From Flavobacteriaceae bacterium UBA3591 (GTDB lineage: Bacteria > Bacteroidota > Bacteroidia > Flavobacteriales > Flavobacteriaceae), in assembly GCA_002375695.1 (NCBI GenBank), contig DFMO01000008.1:38784-102783 (forward strand): a stretch of DNA of 64,000 nt, in the 5' to 3' direction. This document shows, one piece after another, positions 46,776 through 55,857 of the stretch. Both the position numbers and the translations under genes were made by a program. Position 1 is the first letter of the stretch. Each line of letters opens with the position of its first letter. Below the pieces are notes generated by a model. The model had not been told where the DNA came from, searched no databases, and saw nothing but the letters and a program-made list of their open reading frames with translations.

Positions 46776-49250
46776 ATGTTTAAAAAAGTAATTTTTCTGC
46801 TTTGTGTTTTACCGTTATTAGCTACAGCCCAATTACAGTCGCCTGCAGATTTTTTAGGTTATAAAATAGGAACTCAATTTACGAGGCACGCCGATGTTGT
46901 TCGCTATTTTGAACATGTTGCTGCCAATAGTGATTTGGTAACATTTTCAGACTACGGAAAAACTAATGAGCGCCGTAGATTGACATATGCTGTAATTTCT
47001 TCAAGAGAAAACATTGCAAATCTTGAAGAAATACGTACAAATAATTTAAAAAATATTGGTCTAATCGAAGGCGCAGCACAACCGCAAAAAGCGATAGTTT
47101 GGTTAAGTTATAACGTGCACGGAAATGAAGCCAGCAGTAGCGAAGCGGCAATGGCTACAATTTATAAATTAATCACTAATAGAACCGATTTATTACAAAA
47201 TACTGTAGTAATAATGGATCCTAATTTAAATCCGGATGGTCGCGATAGATATGTAAACTGGTATAACCAAGTAAAAGCATCGCCATACAATCCATTGCGC
47301 GATGCTGTTGAGCACAATGAACCTTGGCCCGGTGGCCGCCCCAACCATTACCTTTTCGATTTAAATAGAGATTGGATGTGGGCAAGCCAAGTAGAAACCC
47401 AACAGCGTTTAAAAGTTTACAATAAATGGATGCCCCATGTGCACGTAGATTTTCACGAACAATTTATAAATAATCCCTACTATTTTGCGCCAGGAGCAGA
47501 GCCGTACCACAGTATCATTAGCCCGTGGCAACGCAAATTTCAACAAACGGTTGGAAAAAACAACGCAAAGTATTTTGACGAAAACGGATGGCTGTTTTTT
47601 ACGCGCGAAAGCTTTGATTTATTGTACCCAAGTTATGGCGACACCTATCCACTGTTTATGGGTGCAATAGGAATGACCTATGAACAAGCAGGCCACGGAA
47701 TGGCAGGCTTAGGTATTATTAACGATGAAGAGGTAGAGCTAACTTTGGTAGATCGCGTAGCCCACCATACTACTTCGGGGATTGCTACAGTTGAAACCGC
47801 TTCAAAAAATGCAGCTGAATTAAATAAAGAATTTAAAAAATTCTTTACAAATGATAATTTAAAATATAAAAGCTTTGTTTTAAAAGGAAAACAGGACAAT
47901 CTAAATGCATTAACGCAATTATTAGACAAACACGAAATTAAATACGGATACACCAACACCGAAAAAGTTTCGGGGTATAATTATGCTACTCATAAGAAAG
48001 GAAGTATAGATGCGCGTGGTGCTTTAGTGGTTAGCACAAACCAGCCCAAGGGAAAAATGGTGCATGTGCTTTTTGAGCCAAATGCGGCGCTATCTACCCC
48101 GTTGACGTATGATATTACTGCATGGAGTATTCCGTATGCTTTTGGATTAGATGCAATTGCAAGCACTTCGTTAATTCCGGTAAGCAATGGGGCACCCAAA
48201 TTGTTTACAAATAATACACCCGTGCCAACTGCAGCTGGGTATATTATGGAATGGAACAGTTTAAAAGATGCCGAATTTCTTTCAGCTTTATTACAAAACG
48301 ATATTAAAGTTCGTTTTTCAAAAAAAGTATTGAGTTTTAATGGAAACTCGTTTGGTCGCGGAAGTTTAATGATAACTCGAAGCGATAATAAATCGAATTC
48401 AAATTTTGACGAAAAACTTGTTGAAATTGCCAATAAAATGAATCGCGAACTATACGCGTCTTCTACAAGCTACGCCGATAAATTAACCGATTTTGGCTCG
48501 CAGAATGTGCGTTTAATTAAAAATCTAAAAATTCTTGTTCTTCGAGGCGAAGGTACTTCATCATTAAGTTATGGAGCACTTTGGCACTATTTTGAAACAA
48601 AATTAAAATACCCAATTACTTCGGTGAACACTGATAATGTTAGTGCTATTAATTGGAATGAATACGATGTTTTGGTATTGCCGAACGGTAATTATAAGTC
48701 GGTTTTAAATGAAAAAACTTTTGAAAAAGTAGAAAAGTGGATTAACAAGGGCGGGAAAGTAATTGCCATAGCAAACGCAGTTAATTTTTTTGAAGGCAGA
48801 AAAGGATTCGACCTCAACGAAAATACAATTGCCAAAAAGGAAACTAAACAAGACAGCTTGGGCAATTTAACGCCCTATGCCGAGCGTGAAATGGAGAATA
48901 CCAAAAACCTAATAACTGGAAGTATTTATAAAGTTTTAATAGATAATACCCACCCGTTAGCATTTGGTTATGACAACTCGTACCACACCTTAAAATTAGG
49001 TAGCAATTCGTTTAAATTTTTAAATGATGGCTATAACGTTGGATATATAAAAACCCCTGAAAGTGTGGCAGGATTTTCGGGTGAAAATGCTAAAAACAGT
49101 CTAAAAAATTCTATCGTTTTTGCAGAGGCTAAAAAAGGTAAAGGCAGTGTAGTTTATTTGGTAGACGACGTAACATTTAGGTCGTTTTGGCACAACGGCG
49201 AACTATTTTTAGCCAATGCTATCTTCTTTGTAAATACTGGAAATTATTAA
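46776..49250 (+). CDS. M14-family zinc carboxypeptidase with a large C-terminal extension
   Basis: Signal peptide MFKKVIFLLCVLPLLATAQ, HxxE zinc motif in YNVHGNEASS, and NPDGRDRY. Start trimmed to ATG 46776. Confidence 0.8.
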   Translation: MFKKVIFLLCVLPLLATAQLQSPADFLGYKIGTQFTRHADVVRYFEHVAANSDLVTFSDYGKTNERRRLTYAVISSRENIANLEEIRTNNLKNIGLIEGAAQPQKAIVWLSYNVHGNEASSSEAAMATIYKLITNRTDLLQNTVVIMDPNLNPDGRDRYVNWYNQVKASPYNPLRDAVEHNEPWPGGRPNHYLFDLNRDWMWASQVETQQRLKVYNKWMPHVHVDFHEQFINNPYYFAPGAEPYHSIISPWQRKFQQTVGKNNAKYFDENGWLFFTRESFDLLYPSYGDTYPLFMGAIGMTYEQAGHGMAGLGIINDEEVELTLVDRVAHHTTSGIATVETASKNAAELNKEFKKFFTNDNLKYKSFVLKGKQDNLNALTQLLDKHEIKYGYTNTEKVSGYNYATHKKGSIDARGALVVSTNQPKGKMVHVLFEPNAALSTPLTYDITAWSIPYAFGLDAIASTSLIPVSNGAPKLFTNNTPVPTAAGYIMEWNSLKDAEFLSALLQNDIKVRFSKKVLSFNGNSFGRGSLMITRSDNKSNSNFDEKLVEIANKMNRELYASSTSYADKLTDFGSQNVRLIKNLKILVLRGEGTSSLSYGALWHYFETKLKYPITSVNTDNVSAINWNEYDVLVLPNGNYKSVLNEKTFEKVEKWINKGGKVIAIANAVNFFEGRKGFDLNENTIAKKETKQDSLGNLTPYAEREMENTKNLITGSIYKVLIDNTHPLAFGYDNSYHTLKLGSNSFKFLNDGYNVGYIKTPESVAGFSGENAKNSLKNSIVFAEAKKGKGSVVYLVDDVTFRSFWHNGELFLANAIFFVNTGNY

Positions 49251-49256
49251 AGTAAA

Positions 49257-50012
49257 CTAGTTGATTGTTTTATTTTCAGAAACCGAGATATCTTCAGTGA
49301 TAATTTCAGAAAGTAACTGTAATTTACCAGCTGTGTATAAAGTATCTACGTGCTGTAAATCTACATTTTTCCAATCGTCCAATTTATAATTTTTGTAATC
49401 TACAAAACGCACCCCGTTAATCACTCTTGGATTGAAAGCTTTTCTAAAGCGAATTCCGCCCTTTCCGGAGTAAAATTTATACGCAAAATAATCTATTGTA
49501 AAGTCGTTTTTTTCAATCCAATAAATATATTCGTCCTCGTGGTCGCTTCCGCCGCCATCTTCAGTAAAAGTTACTTGTAGTTTATAATATTCTTTATCGG
49601 TAAGTTCAGTTTCGCCAACCAATTTTTTATTTACAGCCGCATCGTTTAAACCAAATGGCAACTGTACAAAATAATGAACAGAGTTTAGCGCGTTTGAATA
49701 TTTGGTCGCCACAGAGTCGTGCAAAATTAGTTTGGTGCTATTAACGTAACGTTCAAAAGCGTTATTTGTGAGTACGTCGTAGGTTTCGCCTAAAGAATCT
49801 GTGGCGGTTTTGGTAAATTCATACAAACCATTATTTCGCGAACTGCTATATCTAACATTGCGAAAGGTGAATTCAATTTTTGCTGTTTGGTATCTATCAC
49901 CACCCGCATTTTCAATTGTTTTATCCACTATTTGTTGAGCAGTTAAACTTTTATTTTCTTGTTTACAAGAAATAAAGGTTACTAAAAGACTAATAAAAGC
50001 AATTGTTCGCAT
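49257..50012 (-). CDS. Hypothetical lipoprotein (conserved Flavobacteriia-type; possibly the DUF6503 family)
   Basis: 251 aa with lipobox LVTFISCKQE. No catalytic motif recognised. Confidence 0.35.
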   Translation of the reverse strand: MRTIAFISLLVTFISCKQENKSLTAQQIVDKTIENAGGDRYQTAKIEFTFRNVRYSSSRNNGLYEFTKTATDSLGETYDVLTNNAFERYVNSTKLILHDSVATKYSNALNSVHYFVQLPFGLNDAAVNKKLVGETELTDKEYYKLQVTFTEDGGGSDHEDEYIYWIEKNDFTIDYFAYKFYSGKGGIRFRKAFNPRVINGVRFVDYKNYKLDDWKNVDLQHVDTLYTAGKLQLLSEIITEDISVSENKTIN

Positions 50013-50027
50013 AAAAAAATTTTAATA

Positions 50028-50035
50028 CAAAGATA
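50028..50035 (-). promoter_or_regulatory. -7 promoter box for the 49257..50012 gene
   Basis: The minus strand reads TATCTTTG, 15 nt upstream of ATG 50012. Confidence 0.45.
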
Positions 50036-50277
50036 TAAAGTGTATTGAATGTAATACGATTACATCTTATAAATTTATTTTGCTAAATACTTCATTTTGA
50101 GGCGGCTAATTTTCAGTGTTTTGTTTTATCGAAGTTTTAGAAATATTGCGCTACCAAAAATTCAATTTTATTATATGGTTAAATGACACCGGCTTTTAAA
50201 AAATCTATTTTTTTACCTCAAAAACATAAGTATCTTCGGCAGCTGAAATTTAATCATTTTAAAAATCATTTTAAAGA

Positions 50278-53200
50278 ATGAAACAACTTAACTATTTAAC
50301 AACATTATTAGTACTCTTCATATTCTCGAGTACAATTACTGCACAAACAGTAATTGGGTTTGAGGATTTTGACGGTAATGAAATTAATCTTTCAGGTTCT
50401 ACCAACGTGGCCAATTACGGCAGTGGTGGAGGTGCGGGCGGCGATGTTTTTGGCCGTGTTAACGGACAAGCTGGTGGAATAGGGATGCCTTTTGACGTTG
50501 CAGACGATACTGCTTATAACGTAAGTGGCGGAGGCGCTGGATCTAATTTTCCTGCAGACCAATTGGGGATAGCAGGTCAAAACACCACGGCTTTCTTTGC
50601 TTTAAACGATATGGATGCCGTAGGGGTTAACGACGCCGTTTGGACGTTTTCTGGCTGGGGTGATGCTGTCATAAATTCAATTACAATAGATTTAGCAGCT
50701 ATGGGTAATTTTGAAACTGCGAGCAGCGATGGCTTTATAATTGAAGCTGCTGTTAATGGCGGTGCTTTTCAAGAAATTTTTAGAGCTGTAACAAATGAAG
50801 CTGAAACAAAAACTTACCGTCCGTTAGACGGTGGATTTGTTTTAACTACAGACGATCCATTAGAGTTATTTATTGACGGAAACCTTACTGCTGAAGGGTT
50901 TTTAGATAAATGCGATGTAGTTACAGGTAATTTTGATACCTACACTTCGCAACTTTTAAATGGTGAAACAGCGTCAGAAATACAAATTAAGCTTAGATGG
51001 GAAGGCGCTCCAAGTGGTTCGGAGCCTATGGGGATTGACAATATTACAATTAACGGCACTCCAATAGTAAGTACTCCAGAGCTGGTAATTTCTGAAATAA
51101 TGTACAACCCATCAAGTTCAGAAGATGATTGGGAGTGGATAGAAGTTTACAATGCTGGAGCCACTGCAGTAGATTTAGCTGGTTTTGTAATCGACGACAA
51201 CAATGGTGCAGCGCATTCTTCTGCAAACATTGCAGGTGGTATAATTGCTGCAGGTGCCTCGGCAGTTTTCTTTAATGCAGATGATATTACTGAAACCGAT
51301 TTTGCAGCAGCTTGGGGCGATGTGGCGCTTATTCCTGTAACAAATTGGGGGGCAATGACGTTGAATAACGGTGGCGATACAATAGCAATTTGGGAAAGTT
51401 TTGCAGCTTACACAGGCGATCATCAAACACAACTTAATGCAATTGAGCAAGTGGCTTATGATGATTCTAATGGCTGGCCAAGTGATAACAATGCAGGGTC
51501 AATTTATTTAACAGATTTAACCGCCGATAATACCGATGGTGCTAATTGGGCGTTGAGTACAGATGGCGCTTCAACACCACTCTTTACAGCTTATACAAGT
51601 AACGCGGCTGCTGGCAATTCTGGTGCAGATGTTGGTTCGCCAGGAGTACCTGCCAGCAGTATAAAACCGTTGTTAATTACTGAAATTGCCGTAACACCAA
51701 CGGCAGGCGAATTTATTGAAATATACAATCCAAATGCTACAAGCGTAGATTTGAGCAATGTTTATTTAACCGATGCAACTTTTGCCGGAGGGTCTACATA
51801 TTATTATAATATTGTTACTGGCTCAAATGCTGGTGGCGGCGGGTTTGGCGACTTTTTAGCACGCTTTCCCGATGGAGCTACAATCGCTCCCGAAGAATAT
51901 ATAACTATTGCTATAACCGGATCAGAAGACTTTTTTGCGACTTATGGCGTTAATCCAGATTACGAATTATACGAAGATAACGCAACTGCAGATGCAATTC
52001 CTGATATGCGCGAAGGCCTTGCCGGGAGTATAAATAACCAAGGGAGTTTAACCAATGGTGGTGAGGTGGCAATTCTATTTTATTGGGATGGAACAACCGA
52101 TTTGGTAACCGATTTAGATTATGTAATTTGGGGTGATACCGCCGAAGCTGTAGATAAAACAGGTGTAACAATAGACGGTCCCGATGCAGATAATATTGGG
52201 TCTACCTATAATAATGATACACCAATAGCCTCGCAACAATTGGTTAGCACTTCGGCGCATAGTGTGGGCGAATCTTTTCAAAGACAAGACCTTTTAGAAG
52301 GTGCCGAAATAACTTCGGGTGGAAATGGTGCTAACGGGCACGATGAAACTTCAGAAGACTTAATGAATACTTGGTGCTCATCGGCGACTACGCCAGGACA
52401 GGCAAATACTTGTGGTACAGCGCCTACTACACTTTATAAAATTAGTGAAGTACAAGGAGCTTCTACAAGTTCACCTTTGGTTAATCAATCTGTAAAAGTT
52501 TCGGCTATAGTAACAGCTACTTTCCAAGGTACAAACCAAATAGGCGGGTTCTTTATCCAGGAAGAAGATGTTGATATGGATGCAGATAGCAATACTTCAG
52601 AAGGTGTATTTGTATACTGTAATTCTTGCCCAGATTTAGTTACTGTGGGCGATTTGGTTGAGGTAACGGGTACTGTAAAAGAATTCTTTGGAATGACGCA
52701 AATAGATGTTACTGTACCAAACAGTTTAATTACCGTTGTAAGTAGCGGAAATCCGTTGCCAACACCAACAGATATAACGCTTCCGGCAGCAGATAGTACT
52801 AGTGCCGAAGCTACTTTTGAAAGTGTTGAGGGGATGATTGTAAACGTAACAACCCCGCTAGTAGTAAGCGAGTATTTTGAATTAGCTCGATACGGTACGC
52901 TTATGCTTACCGCCAACGAAAGAGAATTCCAGTTTACACATACAAATACTCCAGACCCAACTAATTATACGGCATTTTTGGAAGATTTAGGTAAAAAACG
53001 AATTTTGTTAGACGATGATAGCAATATTCAAAACAACGCTACGGCAGGACCTGTAGATCAGCCGTACTTTTGGCCAAGACCGGGCTTAAGCAATTCTAAT
53101 TATATTAGAGGAGGCGATCAAATAAGCAATTTAAAAGGAATTATGCACTGGTCATTTTCAGGTCAAAATGGTACAGATGCTTGGCGAATTAGACCAGTAG

Positions 53201-55026
53201 TTGATGCATTCGATTACAACTTTACTTCAGAAAACCCACGCGTTTCTGAACCCGAAGAAGTAGGAGGAACTTTTAAAGTTGCTAGTTTTAACGTGTTAAA
53301 TTACTTTACAACTTTAAACCAAAGAGGTGCTCATTCGCAAGTAGAATTAGAACGTCAGCGTGCAAAAATAGCTGCTGCTATCTGTGCCTTAAATGCCGAT
53401 GTAGTTGGATTAATTGAAATAGAAAACAACGGTACAGTTGCTTTAAACGATCTTTTAAACGGTACGGGAGGAATTAATGACGTTTGCGGTAGCGACTATG
53501 TAGCAGTTGATGCAGGTGTAATTGGCGGCGATCAAATTGCGGTTGCATTTATTTATAATGCTGCAACAACATCATTGGCTGGTGCGCATGCTATTTTAGA
53601 TAGTTCGGTAGATCCACGTTTCCTCGATAGTAAAAACCGTCCTGCCTTAGCACAAACATTCGAAGAAATTGCTACAGGTGGTAAAATTACAATTGCAGTT
53701 AACCATTTTAAATCAAAAGGTTCTTCGTGTAATGACGTTGGCGACCCTAATTTAAATGATGGTTCTGGAAATTGTAATGGTACCAGAACCGATGCTGCAG
53801 CTGCTTTAGTAGACTGGCTTGCAACAGACCCAACAAATAGCGGCGACACAGATTTCTTAATTTTAGGAGATTTAAATTCGTATAAAAGTGAAACGCCAAT
53901 AAGCGCAATTCTTGCAGGAGCCGATGACACTCCGGGCACAGGTGATGACTATACCGATTTACTTGCACATTTTGTTGGCGCTAATGCTTACGGATATGTT
54001 TTTAACGGCCAATTGGGCTACTTAGACTATGCACTAGCAAATGCCGATTTACTTACGCAGGTTACGGGTGCAACTTCTTGGAATATTAATGCAGACGAAA
54101 TTAATCTTTTTGATTACAATGATGGCGTTCAAGATCCTGGAGAGGCTTCATTTCACAGAGAGTCTAATGCCTTGCCTATTTACGAACCCAACATGTTTAG
54201 AGCTTCAGATCACGATCCCGTGCTAGTAGGTTTAAATTTAGTTACGGCAAACAACGCTCCGGTAATTGATTGTCCCGCAAATATTTCGACAAACGTAGAT
54301 GCTGGAAGCTGCAGTGCAATAGTTGTTTTCCCAGATGCAACGGCTACCGATGTAGACGGCGATTTACAAACGGTTGAACAAACCAACGGTTTAACTTCGG
54401 GGAGTGCATTTCCTGTGGGTGAAACGGTTATTGAATTTACTGCAACCGATTCTAACGGAAATACCGCTGTTTGTACGTTTACAATTACGGTTATAGATAA
54501 TGAAGCTCCGCAAATAGATTGTCCGGCCGATTTTACTGTAGACACAGGAGTAGGGAATACACAATACGAAGTGCCAGATTTCTTTGCCACAGGTGTTGCT
54601 ACTGCAAATGATAATTGTACAGACCCTGTAACAATTTACACCCAAAATCCGGCAGAAGGCGAGCTTTTAGATGACGGTGTTTACGAAGTAATCTTAACAG
54701 CAGAAGACGAATACGGAAATATTTCAGATTGTTCATTTAACCTTACCGTTGAAAGCGTTTTGGGGGTAAGTGAAAACCTGTTGGAAAATGCCGTACGTAT
54801 TTTTCCAAACCCCGCAAAAACTGAAGTAACAATCGCAAAAAGTAGCGATATTTCTTTAGAATCTGCAACGGTGTTTGATATTACCGGAAGAGTAATTATG
54901 ACAGTTAATTTAAAAGCAATGAACCAGGAGAAAACAATTGATATTTCAAAATTTCAGTCTGGTATCTATTTAATTAAATTAGAGAGTGCCAATGCAACGC
55001 TCACAAAACAACTATTGAAGAAATAA
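50278..55026 (+). CDS. ExeM/NucH-type extracellular endonuclease: two lamin-tail (LTD) domains, an endonuclease/exonuclease/phosphatase (EEP) domain, HYR modules and a T9SS C-terminal sorting domain
   Basis: 1582 aa with a signal peptide. LTD-like ISEIMYNPSSSEDDWEWIEVYN and ITEIAVTPTAGEFIEIYNPNATSVDLS. EEP motifs FKVASFNVLNYF, VVGLIEIEN, NHFKSKG, LGDLNSY and RASDHDPVLVGL. CTD motif VRIFPNPAKTEVTIA. Confidence 0.8.
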   Translation: MKQLNYLTTLLVLFIFSSTITAQTVIGFEDFDGNEINLSGSTNVANYGSGGGAGGDVFGRVNGQAGGIGMPFDVADDTAYNVSGGGAGSNFPADQLGIAGQNTTAFFALNDMDAVGVNDAVWTFSGWGDAVINSITIDLAAMGNFETASSDGFIIEAAVNGGAFQEIFRAVTNEAETKTYRPLDGGFVLTTDDPLELFIDGNLTAEGFLDKCDVVTGNFDTYTSQLLNGETASEIQIKLRWEGAPSGSEPMGIDNITINGTPIVSTPELVISEIMYNPSSSEDDWEWIEVYNAGATAVDLAGFVIDDNNGAAHSSANIAGGIIAAGASAVFFNADDITETDFAAAWGDVALIPVTNWGAMTLNNGGDTIAIWESFAAYTGDHQTQLNAIEQVAYDDSNGWPSDNNAGSIYLTDLTADNTDGANWALSTDGASTPLFTAYTSNAAAGNSGADVGSPGVPASSIKPLLITEIAVTPTAGEFIEIYNPNATSVDLSNVYLTDATFAGGSTYYYNIVTGSNAGGGGFGDFLARFPDGATIAPEEYITIAITGSEDFFATYGVNPDYELYEDNATADAIPDMREGLAGSINNQGSLTNGGEVAILFYWDGTTDLVTDLDYVIWGDTAEAVDKTGVTIDGPDADNIGSTYNNDTPIASQQLVSTSAHSVGESFQRQDLLEGAEITSGGNGANGHDETSEDLMNTWCSSATTPGQANTCGTAPTTLYKISEVQGASTSSPLVNQSVKVSAIVTATFQGTNQIGGFFIQEEDVDMDADSNTSEGVFVYCNSCPDLVTVGDLVEVTGTVKEFFGMTQIDVTVPNSLITVVSSGNPLPTPTDITLPAADSTSAEATFESVEGMIVNVTTPLVVSEYFELARYGTLMLTANEREFQFTHTNTPDPTNYTAFLEDLGKKRILLDDDSNIQNNATAGPVDQPYFWPRPGLSNSNYIRGGDQISNLKGIMHWSFSGQNGTDAWRIRPVVDAFDYNFTSENPRVSEPEEVGGTFKVASFNVLNYFTTLNQRGAHSQVELERQRAKIAAAICALNADVVGLIEIENNGTVALNDLLNGTGGINDVCGSDYVAVDAGVIGGDQIAVAFIYNAATTSLAGAHAILDSSVDPRFLDSKNRPALAQTFEEIATGGKITIAVNHFKSKGSSCNDVGDPNLNDGSGNCNGTRTDAAAALVDWLATDPTNSGDTDFLILGDLNSYKSETPISAILAGADDTPGTGDDYTDLLAHFVGANAYGYVFNGQLGYLDYALANADLLTQVTGATSWNINADEINLFDYNDGVQDPGEASFHRESNALPIYEPNMFRASDHDPVLVGLNLVTANNAPVIDCPANISTNVDAGSCSAIVVFPDATATDVDGDLQTVEQTNGLTSGSAFPVGETVIEFTATDSNGNTAVCTFTITVIDNEAPQIDCPADFTVDTGVGNTQYEVPDFFATGVATANDNCTDPVTIYTQNPAEGELLDDGVYEVILTAEDEYGNISDCSFNLTVESVLGVSENLLENAVRIFPNPAKTEVTIAKSSDISLESATVFDITGRVIMTVNLKAMNQEKTIDISKFQSGIYLIKLESANATLTKQLLKK

Positions 55027-55048
55027 TACTTTTATCTGTTAAAAATAG

Positions 55049-55081
55049 AAAACCGCCCATAGGAATTGGGCGGTTTTTTTA
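55049..55081. terminator. Bidirectional terminator between the nuclease gene and the convergent sigma factor gene
   Basis: aaccgccca (55051..55059) pairs with tgggcggtt (55067..55075), with an A-run before and a T-run after. Confidence 0.8.
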
Positions 55082-55103
55082 TGCAATTTACTTTACAGTT
55101 CTA

Positions 55104-55625
55104 TTAGCTGCATTTTGCACAGTCTGCCTCACCAATTAAATTCCCGTTTTTATCAAAATCGTATTTACAACACTCACTAAATTTTTCTTTTAACATAGCT
55201 TTGGAACGTCTAATTCGGGCTTTTATATTGGCTAAACTTATTGACAATAGTTGTGCAGCCTCTTCTTGTTTTTTACCTTGAATGTATACTAATTCTACCG
55301 TTTCTTTATAAATAGAAGGCAAATCATTTATAAACTCATCAAAACAACAAAAAGCTTCCGTGCTTTCGGTAGTTGAATATTCTTGATTGTTTAAATGATT
55401 TACATATTTAGCCTCGTTTGAAAAGTAATTCGCTATTTCATTTCTCGCTATTTGAAAAACCCAAGCCTTAATTTTTTGATCTTCTCTAACCCGATGAATG
55501 TTTTTATGAATCTTTAAAAAGGTATTTTGAAAAATATCGCCTGTGGCAACTTCGTTTTTTACCCTTTTTAAGATGAAAAAATAGAGTTGTTCATTAAATT
55601 GGGTCCATATTTTTTCGGTGTCCAT
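55104..55625 (-). CDS. ECF-type sigma-70 family RNA polymerase sigma factor with three Cys pairs (SigZ-like subgroup)
   Basis: 173 aa from ATG 55625. Region 2 (FQNTFLKIHKNIHRV..AWVFQIARNEIANYF), region 4 HTH (VELVYIQGKKQEEAAQLLSISLANIKARIRRSK), an inter-domain FCCF, and a C-terminal tail SECCKYDFDKNGNLIGEADCAKCS. The TTG 55643 start in the track would place the coding sequence inside the upstream hairpin. Confidence 0.8.
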   Translation of the reverse strand: MDTEKIWTQFNEQLYFFILKRVKNEVATGDIFQNTFLKIHKNIHRVREDQKIKAWVFQIARNEIANYFSNEAKYVNHLNNQEYSTTESTEAFCCFDEFINDLPSIYKETVELVYIQGKKQEEAAQLLSISLANIKARIRRSKAMLKEKFSECCKYDFDKNGNLIGEADCAKCS

Positions 55626-55628
55626 ACT

Positions 55629-55667
55629 CAAAAATAAAAACAAAGGTTGAATAAAAATTCAACCTTT
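55629..55667 (-). terminator. Hairpin plus T-tract between the Cys-rich peptide gene and the sigma gene (terminator or attenuator)
   Basis: The minus strand reads AAAGGTTGA-ATTTTTAT-TCAACCTTT (perfect 9-bp stem, 55667..55642), then GTTTTTATTTTTG. It starts 6 nt after the peptide stop and ends 3 nt before the sigma ATG. Confidence 0.6.
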
Positions 55668-55673
55668 TAATAT

Positions 55674-55787
55674 TTAACAGCAGTCGCACTTGCTACATTC
55701 ACACTTTTCGCAACTACAGTTTTGTTGCGCGCAATTTACACAGTTACATATAGTACACTCGCAGTTAGTACATTTACAATTATTCAT
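55674..55787 (-). CDS. Unannotated 37-aa cysteine-rich peptide (metallothionein-like): MNNCKCTNCECTICNCVNCAQQNCSCEKCECSKCDCC
   Basis: Manual reverse translation with ATG at 55787..55785 and TAA at 55676..55674. 14 of 37 residues are Cys, with no His or aromatic residues and a 15-nt (CxCxx) periodicity. It has its own downstream hairpin/T-tract. It is shorter than the ORF-track cutoff. Confidence 0.6.
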   Translation of the reverse strand: MNNCKCTNCECTICNCVNCAQQNCSCEKCECSKCDCC

Positions 55788-55857
55788 AATTTATATTTTT
55801 TAGGTTCATTAAGTAGACTGGAAAGATGTAAAAAGGATACATTTTATTTCAAGCTTT

